DNA of 64,000 nt, from NCBI GenBank assembly GCA_001794055.1, contig MGJB01000001.1:7457-71456 (forward strand). The letters run 5' to 3'. Shown one piece after another: positions 9,604 to 17,699 of the stretch (positions are counted from its first letter, which is position 1; every line of letters begins with the position of its first letter). The stretch is from Candidatus Yanofskybacteria bacterium RIFCSPHIGHO2_01_FULL_41_26. Lineage in GTDB: Bacteria; Patescibacteriota; Minisyncoccia; 2-02-FULL-40-12; GWA2-44-9. The translations under genes and the position numbers were made by a program. A model generated the notes under the pieces. The model saw nothing but the letters and a program-made list of their open reading frames with translations. It was not told the origin of the DNA and searched no databases.

Positions 9604-10926
9604 ATGTTTCGAGAATCTTTGTTAGATAAAACTTTATATCGCATCAAGAGATTAATACCTAAATCGGTATTTAATTTTTTTGCGCCGTGTTATCATGCCG
9701 GATTAGCGCATTTGGGAAGTATTGTTTACGGCAATCCGTCAAAATCTCTGAAAGTCATAGGCGTGACTGGCACTAAAGGCAAATCGACAACTGTTTATTT
9801 GATTTCTAAAATTTTTGAAGGAGTTGGCGAGCCGATTGCGGCAATCGGCTCGCTTGGTTTTAAAATAAAGGATAAAGAGTGGCCAAATAATCTGAAAATG
9901 ACAATGCCGGGGCGGTTCAAGTTGCAGAAATTTTTTTATGAAGCCAAAAAAGCCGGATGTAAGTATGTGGTGCTGGAGGTAACTTCCGAAGGTATCAAAC
10001 AGAAGCGGCATTTGGGAATTAATTTTGATTGTGCGGTTTTTACCAATTTGCACAAAGAGCATCTTGAAAGCCACGGCTCTTTTGAGAATTATTACAAAGC
10101 CAAACAGGAACTATTTTCCAAGACAAAGAATATTCACGTTTTGAATGCTGATGACAAAAATATCGAGTTGTTTTCAAAATTTTCTTCAAAGCACACAATA
10201 TTTTATGGAACAGAAAGCGGGGATATGAGAGCTCAAAATTTGGATTTGAAATCGGATGGGGCCTCGTTTGATGTTTATGGAATTAAATTTAATATCAATT
10301 TCGGAGGCAAGTTCAATGTTTTAAATTGTCTGGCGGCTCTATCTACTGCCGCTATGTACGGAATAGACCTTCCAAACACAAGGACGGTCCTCGGGGAAAT
10401 AAAAAGTATCCCGGGAAGGATGGAATTCTTGCAGAAAGAACCATTTAGGGTGGTAGTGGATTATGCCCATACTCCCGATTCGCTTGAAGTTGTTTATAAA
10501 ACCTTGAAAGATGAACTTACTAGGTCCGACCTTGATGCTGGCCATCGGCTTATTTGTGTGCTTGGCGCCGCCGGAGGAGGAAGAGACAAATGGAAAAGGC
10601 CGGAATTTGGAAGAATTGCCAGTGAGTATTGCGATGAAATAATTTTGACCGATGAAGACCCATATGATGAAATTCCAGAAAAAATCATCGAAGAAATTTT
10701 TTCTGGAATTTCATCGAGTTCAAAGTTAAAAAGTTTAAAAGTTCATAAAGTCCTGGACCGAAAAGAAGCCATCAGAACTGCCTTGACAAAAGTCGGTCGA
10801 GGTGATACTGTTGTTATCACAGGAAAAGGCTCGGAGATTTCTATGGCCGTGGCCGGGGGAAAGAAAATTCCCTGGTCCGACAAGGAAATTGTCCGAGAAG
10901 TTCTTCGACAACAAGGAGGTCGGTAA
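9604..10926 (+). CDS. murE: Mur ligase, probably UDP-MurNAc-L-Ala-D-Glu:meso-DAP/L-Lys ligase
   Basis: P-loop GVTGTKGKSTT, Mur ligase middle domain, and the DYAHTPDSLE motif characteristic of MurE. Confidence 0.8.
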   Translation: MFRESLLDKTLYRIKRLIPKSVFNFFAPCYHAGLAHLGSIVYGNPSKSLKVIGVTGTKGKSTTVYLISKIFEGVGEPIAAIGSLGFKIKDKEWPNNLKMTMPGRFKLQKFFYEAKKAGCKYVVLEVTSEGIKQKRHLGINFDCAVFTNLHKEHLESHGSFENYYKAKQELFSKTKNIHVLNADDKNIELFSKFSSKHTIFYGTESGDMRAQNLDLKSDGASFDVYGIKFNINFGGKFNVLNCLAALSTAAMYGIDLPNTRTVLGEIKSIPGRMEFLQKEPFRVVVDYAHTPDSLEVVYKTLKDELTRSDLDAGHRLICVLGAAGGGRDKWKRPEFGRIASEYCDEIILTDEDPYDEIPEKIIEEIFSGISSSSKLKSLKVHKVLDRKEAIRTALTKVGRGDTVVITGKGSEISMAVAGGKKIPWSDKEIVREVLRQQGGR

Positions 10927-11318
10927 TGACATTTGTAATCGTTGTTTGGTTGCTTGGAATGACCGTGTTTGCTATCGGTATCGCATTGTTGGTCAATAAA
11001 GAAAATTTTGGTTTCCTTCCCCTATCTTTTGGTCTGGTCCTTGTTTTTTTGGTTACTTTTGTGGGTGTGCCAGAGGAATTTCCGAGCGGTCTGCCAAGGA
11101 AAGGGTCGGCCCTGTCTCCTGGTAAGTACTACAAAGTGGCCTCTGTATATGTGGCCGGACAAAACGTTTATGTCGGAGTTGAGAGGAATGTTAACAATCA
11201 TGAACGCCTCCTCTTGTATCAATTTCCAAGAGTGGCTTTTGATGATTACATCAATATCGATTCCAAAAGACTTGTAATCGTTGAAGCAAACGGCTTCAAG
11301 AAACCGGTTTTGAAGTGA
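10926..11318 (+). CDS. Hypothetical membrane protein
   Basis: Two N-terminal TM helices. ATG overlaps the murE stop. Followed by terminator gcaggcatcgcctgcTTTTTT (11325-11350). Confidence 0.45.
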   Translation: MTFVIVVWLLGMTVFAIGIALLVNKENFGFLPLSFGLVLVFLVTFVGVPEEFPSGLPRKGSALSPGKYYKVASVYVAGQNVYVGVERNVNNHERLLLYQFPRVAFDDYINIDSKRLVIVEANGFKKPVLK

Positions 11319-11347
11319 TATTGTGCAGGCATCGCCTGCTTTTTTAA

Positions 11348-12016
11348 TTGCTTGCCAATTTAAATAAACCGGTATATTATTTCCCTAATAGCTCATTGAC
11401 ACAAAGGTTCCATTTGGCACTTCCCAGAGGAAGAGGTAAGGCTGAACTCCACAGGCTCTATAGCGATCAACTCCGAAACTTTAATCTACATCATCTAATA
11501 CCTTCCAGCCGAGGTGGAGAAACTAACGAGTTTAACCTTTTTCCATATAAACTAAAATCCCATAGAGCTTACCATGCTCTTTTTCTGAATATGACCATTT
11601 GGGAAGTTTGGGAAAGAGTCGAAGAAATTTACGAAGAAATATTTAACACCAATGAGGAAAAAATTAGCCGGCAATGGATTAATGTCTGCCGGTTGAAAAA
11701 AGACACAGGATTAGATGTCCAGATTAACAGGATTTTTGGGGTTGAATATCTGCAGGAAAAGTGGATTATCGCTTTTGGAGGCCAAGACATCAGGCAAGCT
11801 CAAAGACTTTTGAAATACATGATGCTTTTTATAATTTTCGGCTCTCACATGGCGGATACGAATTATCTTTTTGACAACGGCCATTTAGCGGAATTTTTTG
11901 AAAAATCTCCTGCTGACGAGAATCGACTCAGGGCGTTTAATATTTGTTTTGGTGAATCTGCCGATTGGCAGAGGATAAAGGCAAAAGTTTCCAAGATTCG
12001 ACGCCAACTTCCTTGA
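11348..12016 (+). CDS. Hypothetical protein with HNH-like (beta-beta-alpha-Me) motif HHLIPSSRGGETNEFNL...H..YH
   Basis: Motif resembles HNH endonuclease HH-IP-S-GG-N-L...H but lacks the zinc-binding Cys pair. Start codon uncertain. Confidence 0.35.
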   Translation: MLANLNKPVYYFPNSSLTQRFHLALPRGRGKAELHRLYSDQLRNFNLHHLIPSSRGGETNEFNLFPYKLKSHRAYHALFLNMTIWEVWERVEEIYEEIFNTNEEKISRQWINVCRLKKDTGLDVQINRIFGVEYLQEKWIIAFGGQDIRQAQRLLKYMMLFIIFGSHMADTNYLFDNGHLAEFFEKSPADENRLRAFNICFGESADWQRIKAKVSKIRRQLP

Positions 12017-12053
12017 TCGGAAGTTTTTTAATTGTTAAGATTAAATTAGATGT

Positions 12054-12524
12054 ATGACAGATTTTGAACCACAACTTGTTGTTGCAAAGAAGAAAGAAAA
12101 AAAACTGCCGGCTATCAACGGTCCGGGACTTTTTTGGATGCTCATTGTCTTAACCCTTGTCCTTTTTGGCCTTGCTGTAAGCATGCTGGGCAGAATTCAA
12201 AATCCCAATGTCGGATTGCCGACGCCTACCGAAACCCTTCCTACCGAAATCAAACCCTCAAGAATATATACGGTCTCGTATAAAAGCGGCGTGTTTAGTC
12301 CGACCAATTTAAGGATTCATGCCGGCGATACGGTAAGGTTCAAAAACGAAAGCATCTTTCCGATAAGAATAATTTCCGGTCCGGATAGCAGTTTGGTTGG
12401 TTTTGACAGTATAGGTGATATTCCCCAGGGGAGCTACTTTTCTTTTACTTTTGCGGCAAAGGGTATCTTTGATTATCACGGCGACAGGAATATAAAAGAA
12501 ACCGGAACTATAATAGTCCGGTAG
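12054..12524 (+). CDS. Membrane-anchored hypothetical protein with C-terminal beta-rich (cupredoxin-like?) domain
   Basis: One N-terminal TM. C-terminal HAGDTVRFKN motif. No Cys, so no copper-site ligand. Confidence 0.4.
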   Translation: MTDFEPQLVVAKKKEKKLPAINGPGLFWMLIVLTLVLFGLAVSMLGRIQNPNVGLPTPTETLPTEIKPSRIYTVSYKSGVFSPTNLRIHAGDTVRFKNESIFPIRIISGPDSSLVGFDSIGDIPQGSYFSFTFAAKGIFDYHGDRNIKETGTIIVR

Positions 12525-12545
12525 GCTCACTGTAAAAACAATCCG

Positions 12546-12827
12546 ATGAGTAGAAACCTGTTAACATTGCAAATTGAATCACGTCTTGGCGCATTTTACA
12601 TCTCTTTGCTCGGACTTTTTTTTGTTGGTTTGATGTTTATAGCTCTGAAGAATTTTGAATCTGACTCGATTGTTTTGGATTCTCAAAGCACTCAAGTCAG
12701 AACCATCTCTTCTACGGAAAGAGATTTGATAAACAACTGGATTTTAGAAAATCAGGTCGAGATTCCAAAAGACAAGGGATATAGGTACATAATTCAGCAA
12801 TATCCTGCTAAACCATGGTTCAAATAA
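12546..12827 (+). CDS. Hypothetical small membrane protein
   Basis: 93 aa with one TM segment. Confidence 0.35.
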   Translation: MSRNLLTLQIESRLGAFYISLLGLFFVGLMFIALKNFESDSIVLDSQSTQVRTISSTERDLINNWILENQVEIPKDKGYRYIIQQYPAKPWFK

Positions 12828-12828
12828 C

Positions 12829-13662
12829 ATGAAATTTAAAATAGACCTCTATATAAAAGAATTTATATTATTCGGCACGACGCTGCTGGTGGGTATTTTT
12901 TCAGCTTACCAGATTGTTAATTCAACTGCATCGACAGTAGTTCCAAAGATAAAATTTGGCTGGGAAGATGCTGTTTTTTTGGCGATTTTAGCGATATTTT
13001 TTATATTTTTTTCAAAATATCAAAAAGTGGCCAGTTTTTCTTTTAAACTATTTTTGGTTTTGATCGTTTTTTCCGGCACTAGTGTGGTCGCGGGTACGTT
13101 ATCAAGTTTGCCTTGGGATTTTTGGGTTACTATTTTTATCGTAGCCATTTTTGTTTTGATTAAGAATGTTCTCGTCCACAATGTCGGGATAATTTTGGCA
13201 ATAGCCGGTATCGGGTCTTTATTGGGCTTGGCTATTTCCCCCGGAACGGCAATTATAGTAATGGTGGCGTTGTCTTTTTACGATATTATCGCCGTCTATG
13301 TTACGAAACATATGGTAAGCATGGCTAAAAACATGATAGAATCGGGCGCGATTTTCGGATTTATAATTCCTTCACAAATGAACGGATTTTTCTTTCACAA
13401 GCGGGAAGCTCAAAATCAAGTCGCAGCCGGAGGTCAGTTTATGATTCTAGGTTCGGGCGATATCGGTTTGCCTGTTGTTCTAGCAAGTTCAGTGGCCGGA
13501 TATTCCCTTGACAGTGCGATAATCGTGGCGGTATTTTCTTTAGCCGGATTGTTTATTACCCATCTTATTTTTGTGAATCAAAAAGAGAGAAAAGCGATGG
13601 CGGCATTACCTCCGATTGCGACGATGGCTATAATTGGGTATTTAGTAGCGATATTTTTATGA
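12829..13662 (+). CDS. GxGD-type intramembrane aspartyl protease (presenilin/SPP-like or prepilin-peptidase-like)
   Basis: Polytopic protein with FYD in one TM helix, LGSGDIGLP (GxGD) in the next, and an ALPP (PAL-like) motif near the C-terminus. Confidence 0.5.
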   Translation: MKFKIDLYIKEFILFGTTLLVGIFSAYQIVNSTASTVVPKIKFGWEDAVFLAILAIFFIFFSKYQKVASFSFKLFLVLIVFSGTSVVAGTLSSLPWDFWVTIFIVAIFVLIKNVLVHNVGIILAIAGIGSLLGLAISPGTAIIVMVALSFYDIIAVYVTKHMVSMAKNMIESGAIFGFIIPSQMNGFFFHKREAQNQVAAGGQFMILGSGDIGLPVVLASSVAGYSLDSAIIVAVFSLAGLFITHLIFVNQKERKAMAALPPIATMAIIGYLVAIFL

Positions 13663-15029
13663 AAATAACTTTCTACGGAGGAGCAAAAACAGTTACAGGA
13701 GCAAATTATTTGCTTGATGCGGGGGACGTTAAAATTTTAGTGGATTGCGGTTTGAATCAAGGCTCCAAATATTCGGAAGACATGAATTATGAAAAATTTG
13801 CCTACAATCCGGCACAAATAAAATTTGTATTCATAACTCATAGCCATACCGATCACATCGGCCGTCTTCCAAAATTGTTCAGGGAGGGTTTTACTGGAAA
13901 AGTTTATGCTTCCAAACCGACTTTAGATATGATCAGGAAGGCTTTGCCTGATAACTTAAAAATAATAACCGAAGAAGCCAAGAGAGAGGGCAGGGAACCC
14001 TTATTTGAATTAAAAGATTTGGACGGAGTCATGGAGTTAGCTGAAGGTTTTAATTATGAAGTTCCAATAGATCTCGATGGTGGAATGAAGGCCATTCTGC
14101 ATGACGCAGGCCACATATTGGGTTCGTCAATTGTAGAAATACAATTTCCGAGCCTAATTCAAAATTCAGGGAAGATTTATTTCACCGGGGACCTTGGCAA
14201 TCCACCGACTCCTTTGCTTCAGCCGCCATTTTTTCCCAAAGATGCCGATTACATAGTGGTAGAATCAGCTTACGGTTCAAGAATTCACGAAGATCGCGCG
14301 TCCAGAAAAATAATGCTGGAGAATGTCATTAAAGAAACCATGGTTAAAGGGGGAACCCTGATGATGCCTTCATTTGCCATGGAAAGAACGCAGGAACTTT
14401 TATACGAACTGAATCAGCTTATAAATCATAACCAGATACCTCGCGTTCCAATCTATGTCGATTCGCCTTTAGCCACCCACCTTACCGAGGTTTACCGGAA
14501 GTATCCGAACTATTTCAATAAAACCGCCCACCATGTCATTGAATCGGGCGATGACATATTTAATTTCCCGGGCCTGACGTTCACTCGCACAGTTGATGAA
14601 TCAAAAGCCATCAATAACGTGAAGGGGCCCAAAATAATAATTGCCGGTTCGGGAATGTCCATGGGGGGAAGAATTTTACATCACGAAATGAGATATTTGC
14701 CCGATCCCAATTCGGCTATTTTGTTTGTGGGCTATCAGGTTATGGGTTCATTGGGGCGCCGAATCTTGGACGGCGAAAAAGAAGTCAAAATATTTGGCGA
14801 GAAAATTGCCGTGAATTGCCAGATACGGGCAATCGGCGGTTATTCAGCCCATGCCGACCAGGCCATGCTACTTAAATGGATAGAAAGCGCCGGATCAGAC
14901 GGTAAACTCAAAAAAGTTTTTGTGGTTCAAGGAGAAGAGGATTCATCTATAATTTTGGCCGAAAAGGTCAAAACAGATTTGAATATTGACGCCGTTGTAC
15001 CCTCGCAAGGGGAGAGTTTTGAATTGTAG
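13659..15029 (+). CDS. MBL-fold beta-CASP family hydrolase (RNase J / CPSF-like RNA-metabolising nuclease)
   Basis: HSHTDHIGRLP metallo-beta-lactamase motif, beta-CASP region, and a C-terminal His motif. Confidence 0.75.
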   Translation: MKITFYGGAKTVTGANYLLDAGDVKILVDCGLNQGSKYSEDMNYEKFAYNPAQIKFVFITHSHTDHIGRLPKLFREGFTGKVYASKPTLDMIRKALPDNLKIITEEAKREGREPLFELKDLDGVMELAEGFNYEVPIDLDGGMKAILHDAGHILGSSIVEIQFPSLIQNSGKIYFTGDLGNPPTPLLQPPFFPKDADYIVVESAYGSRIHEDRASRKIMLENVIKETMVKGGTLMMPSFAMERTQELLYELNQLINHNQIPRVPIYVDSPLATHLTEVYRKYPNYFNKTAHHVIESGDDIFNFPGLTFTRTVDESKAINNVKGPKIIIAGSGMSMGGRILHHEMRYLPDPNSAILFVGYQVMGSLGRRILDGEKEVKIFGEKIAVNCQIRAIGGYSAHADQAMLLKWIESAGSDGKLKKVFVVQGEEDSSIILAEKVKTDLNIDAVVPSQGESFEL

Positions 15030-15064
15030 CTTCTCGCTCCTGCCTGATCATTTTTCAGACTTGC

Positions 15065-15247
15065 TCCCCAGCCACATACCCCCCGACTCGACCGATAGTC
15101 CTCAGTTTCAAAAGCTCAACCCTAACCCATTCTCGGGCACGGCATAAATTCTTGCTAGAATTTTGCCTCGTACTCGTTCCAGTCGAACTCCGTAAGTCCC
15201 TCTAATGGGTTAGGGTTTCGCTTTTTAGTTTTAAGTATGTGGCTGAG
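15065..15247 (+). repeat. Interrupted repeat B (5' end 15065-15102, 3' TIR remnant 15233-15247) with repeat C inserted between the halves
   Basis: ccccagccacataccccccgactcgaccgatagtcctc matches the B 5' end, and aagtatgtggctgag matches the B 3' TIR. The intervening 15110-15221 is the reverse complement of C (copy at 63121-63227). Confidence 0.6.
15110..15221 (-). repeat. Repeat family C (~110 nt, TIRs gaaaccctaacccatt / aatgggttagggtt), minus orientation, nested in a B copy
   Basis: Near-identical reverse complement of 63121-63227. Confidence 0.7.
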
Positions 15248-15262
15248 ACCTTAAATATCGTA

Positions 15263-15371
15263 AGCGAACGCCTTATTCCAAAGAAGAACGTTCGGAGGCT
15301 ACCCCGGGCCGAGATAGAGCAAAAACCCAGCAGGGTTTTATGCGGTCTGATTTGGGATGAGGCGTTCGCGA
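15263..15371 (+). repeat. Repeat family A copy 2, outer stem gcgaacgcc / ggcgttcgc
   Basis: Core identical to other A copies. Marks the left edge of the 15.05-19.5 kb island. Confidence 0.75.
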
Positions 15372-15390
15372 TTAAACAGCCATAAAAGAT

Positions 15391-15419
15391 AGGGTGATTT
15401 GACATTATTGTTTGATAAG
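15391..15419 (+). promoter_or_regulatory. Near-consensus sigma70 promoter TTGACA-17-TATAAT driving the G+C-rich ORF at 15509
   Basis: ttgacattattgtttgataagtgtataatgtaaatacg. The tataatgtaaat tail is shared with the promoter at 50947-50997 (minus). Confidence 0.6.
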
Positions 15420-15508
15420 TGTATAATGTAAATACGAGTTCAGGTTTTGTCTGGATACAGAAGCGCCAGACGAAACCCGTTAATAAAGCTTCTGAAGGAG
15501 AAAGACCA

Positions 15509-15907
15509 ATGGGGACATGGATTTTGATGGGACTCGTGGGGGTCCTCGGCGTGATTGTCGGCAGTTTGGTTCGGCGGTCAAACGCTGCCGAAATCAAACC
15601 GTTCGGGCTGGAAGCGTTCGAGGCCCACGGTCTTGGACGGGCATCCAGCGATGTCCTGAAGGCCGTCGTGGCGACCATCAGTTTTCTCGGCCATCCGTTC
15701 ACGGTGGTTGAGGAAGCTGCAGAGGCGAGGGTCTCTGCGGCAGCCAATTCGACAAGAACCTTCGCCCAGATTGAGGACAATCTGGACGAAATTCGAGATT
15801 TGGAGGCCAGGAACATCAGTCTCGAGGCTCGAGCAAGGCTTGCCGACGCTCGTGCGAGCGATCTGGCGGCTCTCGTCGCGCAGGTCAGCTCGGTCGTCGG
15901 TAGCTAG
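15509..15907 (+). CDS. G+C-rich hypothetical membrane-anchored coiled-coil protein (foreign-composition cassette P1)
   Basis: RBS gaaggagaaag, ATG, N-terminal TM (WILMGLVGVLGVIVG), and G/C-ending codon usage unlike neighbours. Terminator gaggggaagggggcaatggtgtcccacccctcTTTTTTT at 15925-15960. Confidence 0.5.
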   Translation: MGTWILMGLVGVLGVIVGSLVRRSNAAEIKPFGLEAFEAHGLGRASSDVLKAVVATISFLGHPFTVVEEAAEARVSAAANSTRTFAQIEDNLDEIRDLEARNISLEARARLADARASDLAALVAQVSSVVGS

Positions 15908-15986
15908 CCGGTGTCGTCGTGGAGGGGAAGGGGGCAATGGTGTCCCACCCCTCTTTTTTTGATTCTTAAAAGTCCGAGTCTCTCTT

Positions 15987-16123
15987 CCCCAGCCACATAC
16001 CCCCGACTCGACCGATAGTCCTCGGCTTCCTGCGAGCCTCGGCTGTCTTCATGCTCAGCCCCTCACCAAGCACCAAGCTTCGGGGCCTGCGCAAGTTCTC
16101 CCTGGGAGTATGTGGGCTTGGGA
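15987..16123 (+). repeat. Repeat family B, intact copy
   Basis: TIRs cccagccacataccc ... tatgtgggcttggg. Internal hairpin ggcctgcgcaag. Confidence 0.7.
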
Positions 16124-16198
16124 AGCTTTTAATTTTTTAAAATAGCATAAAAATTTTGGAATTGTTGACAAGTTTTATGTGGCTGATATTATTTATCT

Positions 16199-16420
16199 AT
16201 GACTTTTAAACCTAAACAACTCGATCCTGAAGCTGTCAAAATATTCAGCGAAACAGAAGTTGGCACACTTCTTGAAAGTATTGATGATAAGCTGGGTTTA
16301 ATTTTGGAAAACCAGGATGGAATACGCGACGATGTTAAAACATTAAAGAACGACTACAGACACATAGACGATCGAGTTAGTAAAACAGAAATCAGATTGG
16401 ATGTAATCGAGGCAAGATAA
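16199..16420 (+). CDS. Hypothetical 73-aa acidic protein
   Basis: TTGACA-17-TATTAT promoter at 16166-16194 with the ATG 4 nt after the -10 (leaderless-type). Confidence 0.4.
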   Translation: MTFKPKQLDPEAVKIFSETEVGTLLESIDDKLGLILENQDGIRDDVKTLKNDYRHIDDRVSKTEIRLDVIEAR

Positions 16421-16563
16421 ATCTCTAGATATTTCATGAGCATGTTAACGGCCCAAAAAGCCGGTTTTTGTTTTGTCTTAAACTTTGCTTGACTTTACAA
16501 TAAAGCCATGTTAATGTCTTGGCCGGTAGTCAGTTCGTAAACAACAAAAGGAGAAGACAACAG

Positions 16564-17130
16564 ATGTATCTATTTGCGGCATTGATCAGTGCGGTTGTCG
16601 GTGCTTTTCCACTCATGTTGGCTAGGAAGCCGGCTACTGCTATCGGGCAGTGTGTCGTGGCATTCTTTTCCAATTGGTGGCTGTTCTACGGTTTAACCAT
16701 TTCGACGGCCTATCCGCTTTTCGGAGTGGTTGGTTTCGTGACACTGATTTGGTGGTTGGTTGCGGCGACTTTTGCGTCAATCAACACAAACTCTTGGAGA
16801 AAAGAAAGCAATTCTTTTCCGTGGGCTTGGGTTTTTCCAGTAATCGGCATGGTATCCTACGTCTTCATTAGTATTGGCACTTCTGAAATGTTTCGATCGA
16901 ACGACTATGCGTCAATGCTCGGAGAAGTCGAGGAGCGGTTTTGGACGCAAGACATTCAGCCCAAAGACCCGGCTCACATGCGGATGGGCACATACGAGAA
17001 TGCCATCTATCGCGGCAAGGCAATTCAATTGTCGGTGTCCGTTTCATTCTGGGTGCTTTTCTTCTCTTTTTCTTATCTTAAAATCTTCTCTTTAATCTTT
17101 TGGCAAATTTTCGCAAAAATTGACATATAA
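16564..17130 (+). CDS. Hypothetical polytopic membrane protein
   Basis: RBS aaaggagaag then ATG. 4-5 TM helices. Terminator agccgtgctatcataaggcacggTTTT at 17132-17160. Confidence 0.5.
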   Translation: MYLFAALISAVVGAFPLMLARKPATAIGQCVVAFFSNWWLFYGLTISTAYPLFGVVGFVTLIWWLVAATFASINTNSWRKESNSFPWAWVFPVIGMVSYVFISIGTSEMFRSNDYASMLGEVEERFWTQDIQPKDPAHMRMGTYENAIYRGKAIQLSVSVSFWVLFFSFSYLKIFSLIFWQIFAKIDI

Positions 17131-17185
17131 TTAAAGCCGTGCTATCATAAGGCACGGTTTTAGTTTGTTCAAAGGAGACCAGAAA

Positions 17186-17455
17186 ATGCTAACGGCATGC
17201 TTTCAAAAAATAGTTAACGCTTGCGATTCTTTTCTTAATCTAATGGAGTCGCTGTTTTACCTTTGTTTTTATTTTGTAGGTGTACCCTCTGCCATTGCAC
17301 TATCTCTTGTTGTTGGGGGTTGGAATTTAAAGGCATCCACGATAATGTTTTCTGTCTTTCTTGGTTTATACATTCCTTTTCTTGTAACCTTATTCGGAAA
17401 TATTCTGCTGGTAAAGCGTAGAGTTCATTCAAAAAGAGAATCAAATGCCAATTAA
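17186..17455 (+). CDS. Hypothetical small membrane protein
   Basis: RBS aaaggagacc then ATG. Two TM helices. Confidence 0.4.
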   Translation: MLTACFQKIVNACDSFLNLMESLFYLCFYFVGVPSAIALSLVVGGWNLKASTIMFSVFLGLYIPFLVTLFGNILLVKRRVHSKRESNAN

Positions 17456-17636
17456 GATTGACTGCGAGGCTTTCCAGGGGAAATTTATATTTAGATATGA
17501 AGACGGACGGAAAAAACTTACCCCTGATGAATTAGATAGTCTTCAAAATCACTACAAAGAATGTGGTCATTGTAAAGCAATAGCAGGTGAAAAAGGTTTA
17601 GACCTGTCAAAGTATAGAGAGGCACCAAAGTTTTAA
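17445..17636 (+). CDS. Hypothetical 63-aa protein with CGHC motif
   Basis: Overlapping start with 17186-17455. Followed by a strong terminator aatgcgagatgatctcgcattTTTTT (17645-17672). Confidence 0.35.
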   Translation: MPIKIDCEAFQGKFIFRYEDGRKKLTPDELDSLQNHYKECGHCKAIAGEKGLDLSKYREAPKF

Positions 17637-17699
17637 CCCAATACAATGCGAGATGATCTCGCATTTTTTCTTACCAACTTCTAAAAAAAGTTTTAGACG

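Noticed and set aside
15202-15962. Minus-strand and alternative-frame ORFs in the high-GC segments (for example 15202-15816, 15578-15937, 15708-15962, 27764-28105, 50370-50924, 50488-50778, 56590-56847, 62422-62739, 62439-62888)
   Set aside because: High G+C removes stop codons in all frames. These overlap better-supported ORFs that have an RBS, a promoter and a terminator on the other strand or frame. The shared PVDNRL.KSVIH peptide at 50370 is just the translated DnaA-box hairpin.
15050-16140. Integron-like attC / gene-cassette array interpretation of the repeat-flanked cassettes
   Set aside because: The cassettes carry their own promoters, the repeats lack attC core sites (GTTRRRY) and no intI-like integrase is present in the window. 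The repeat-bounded organisation is real but does not fit the integron model.
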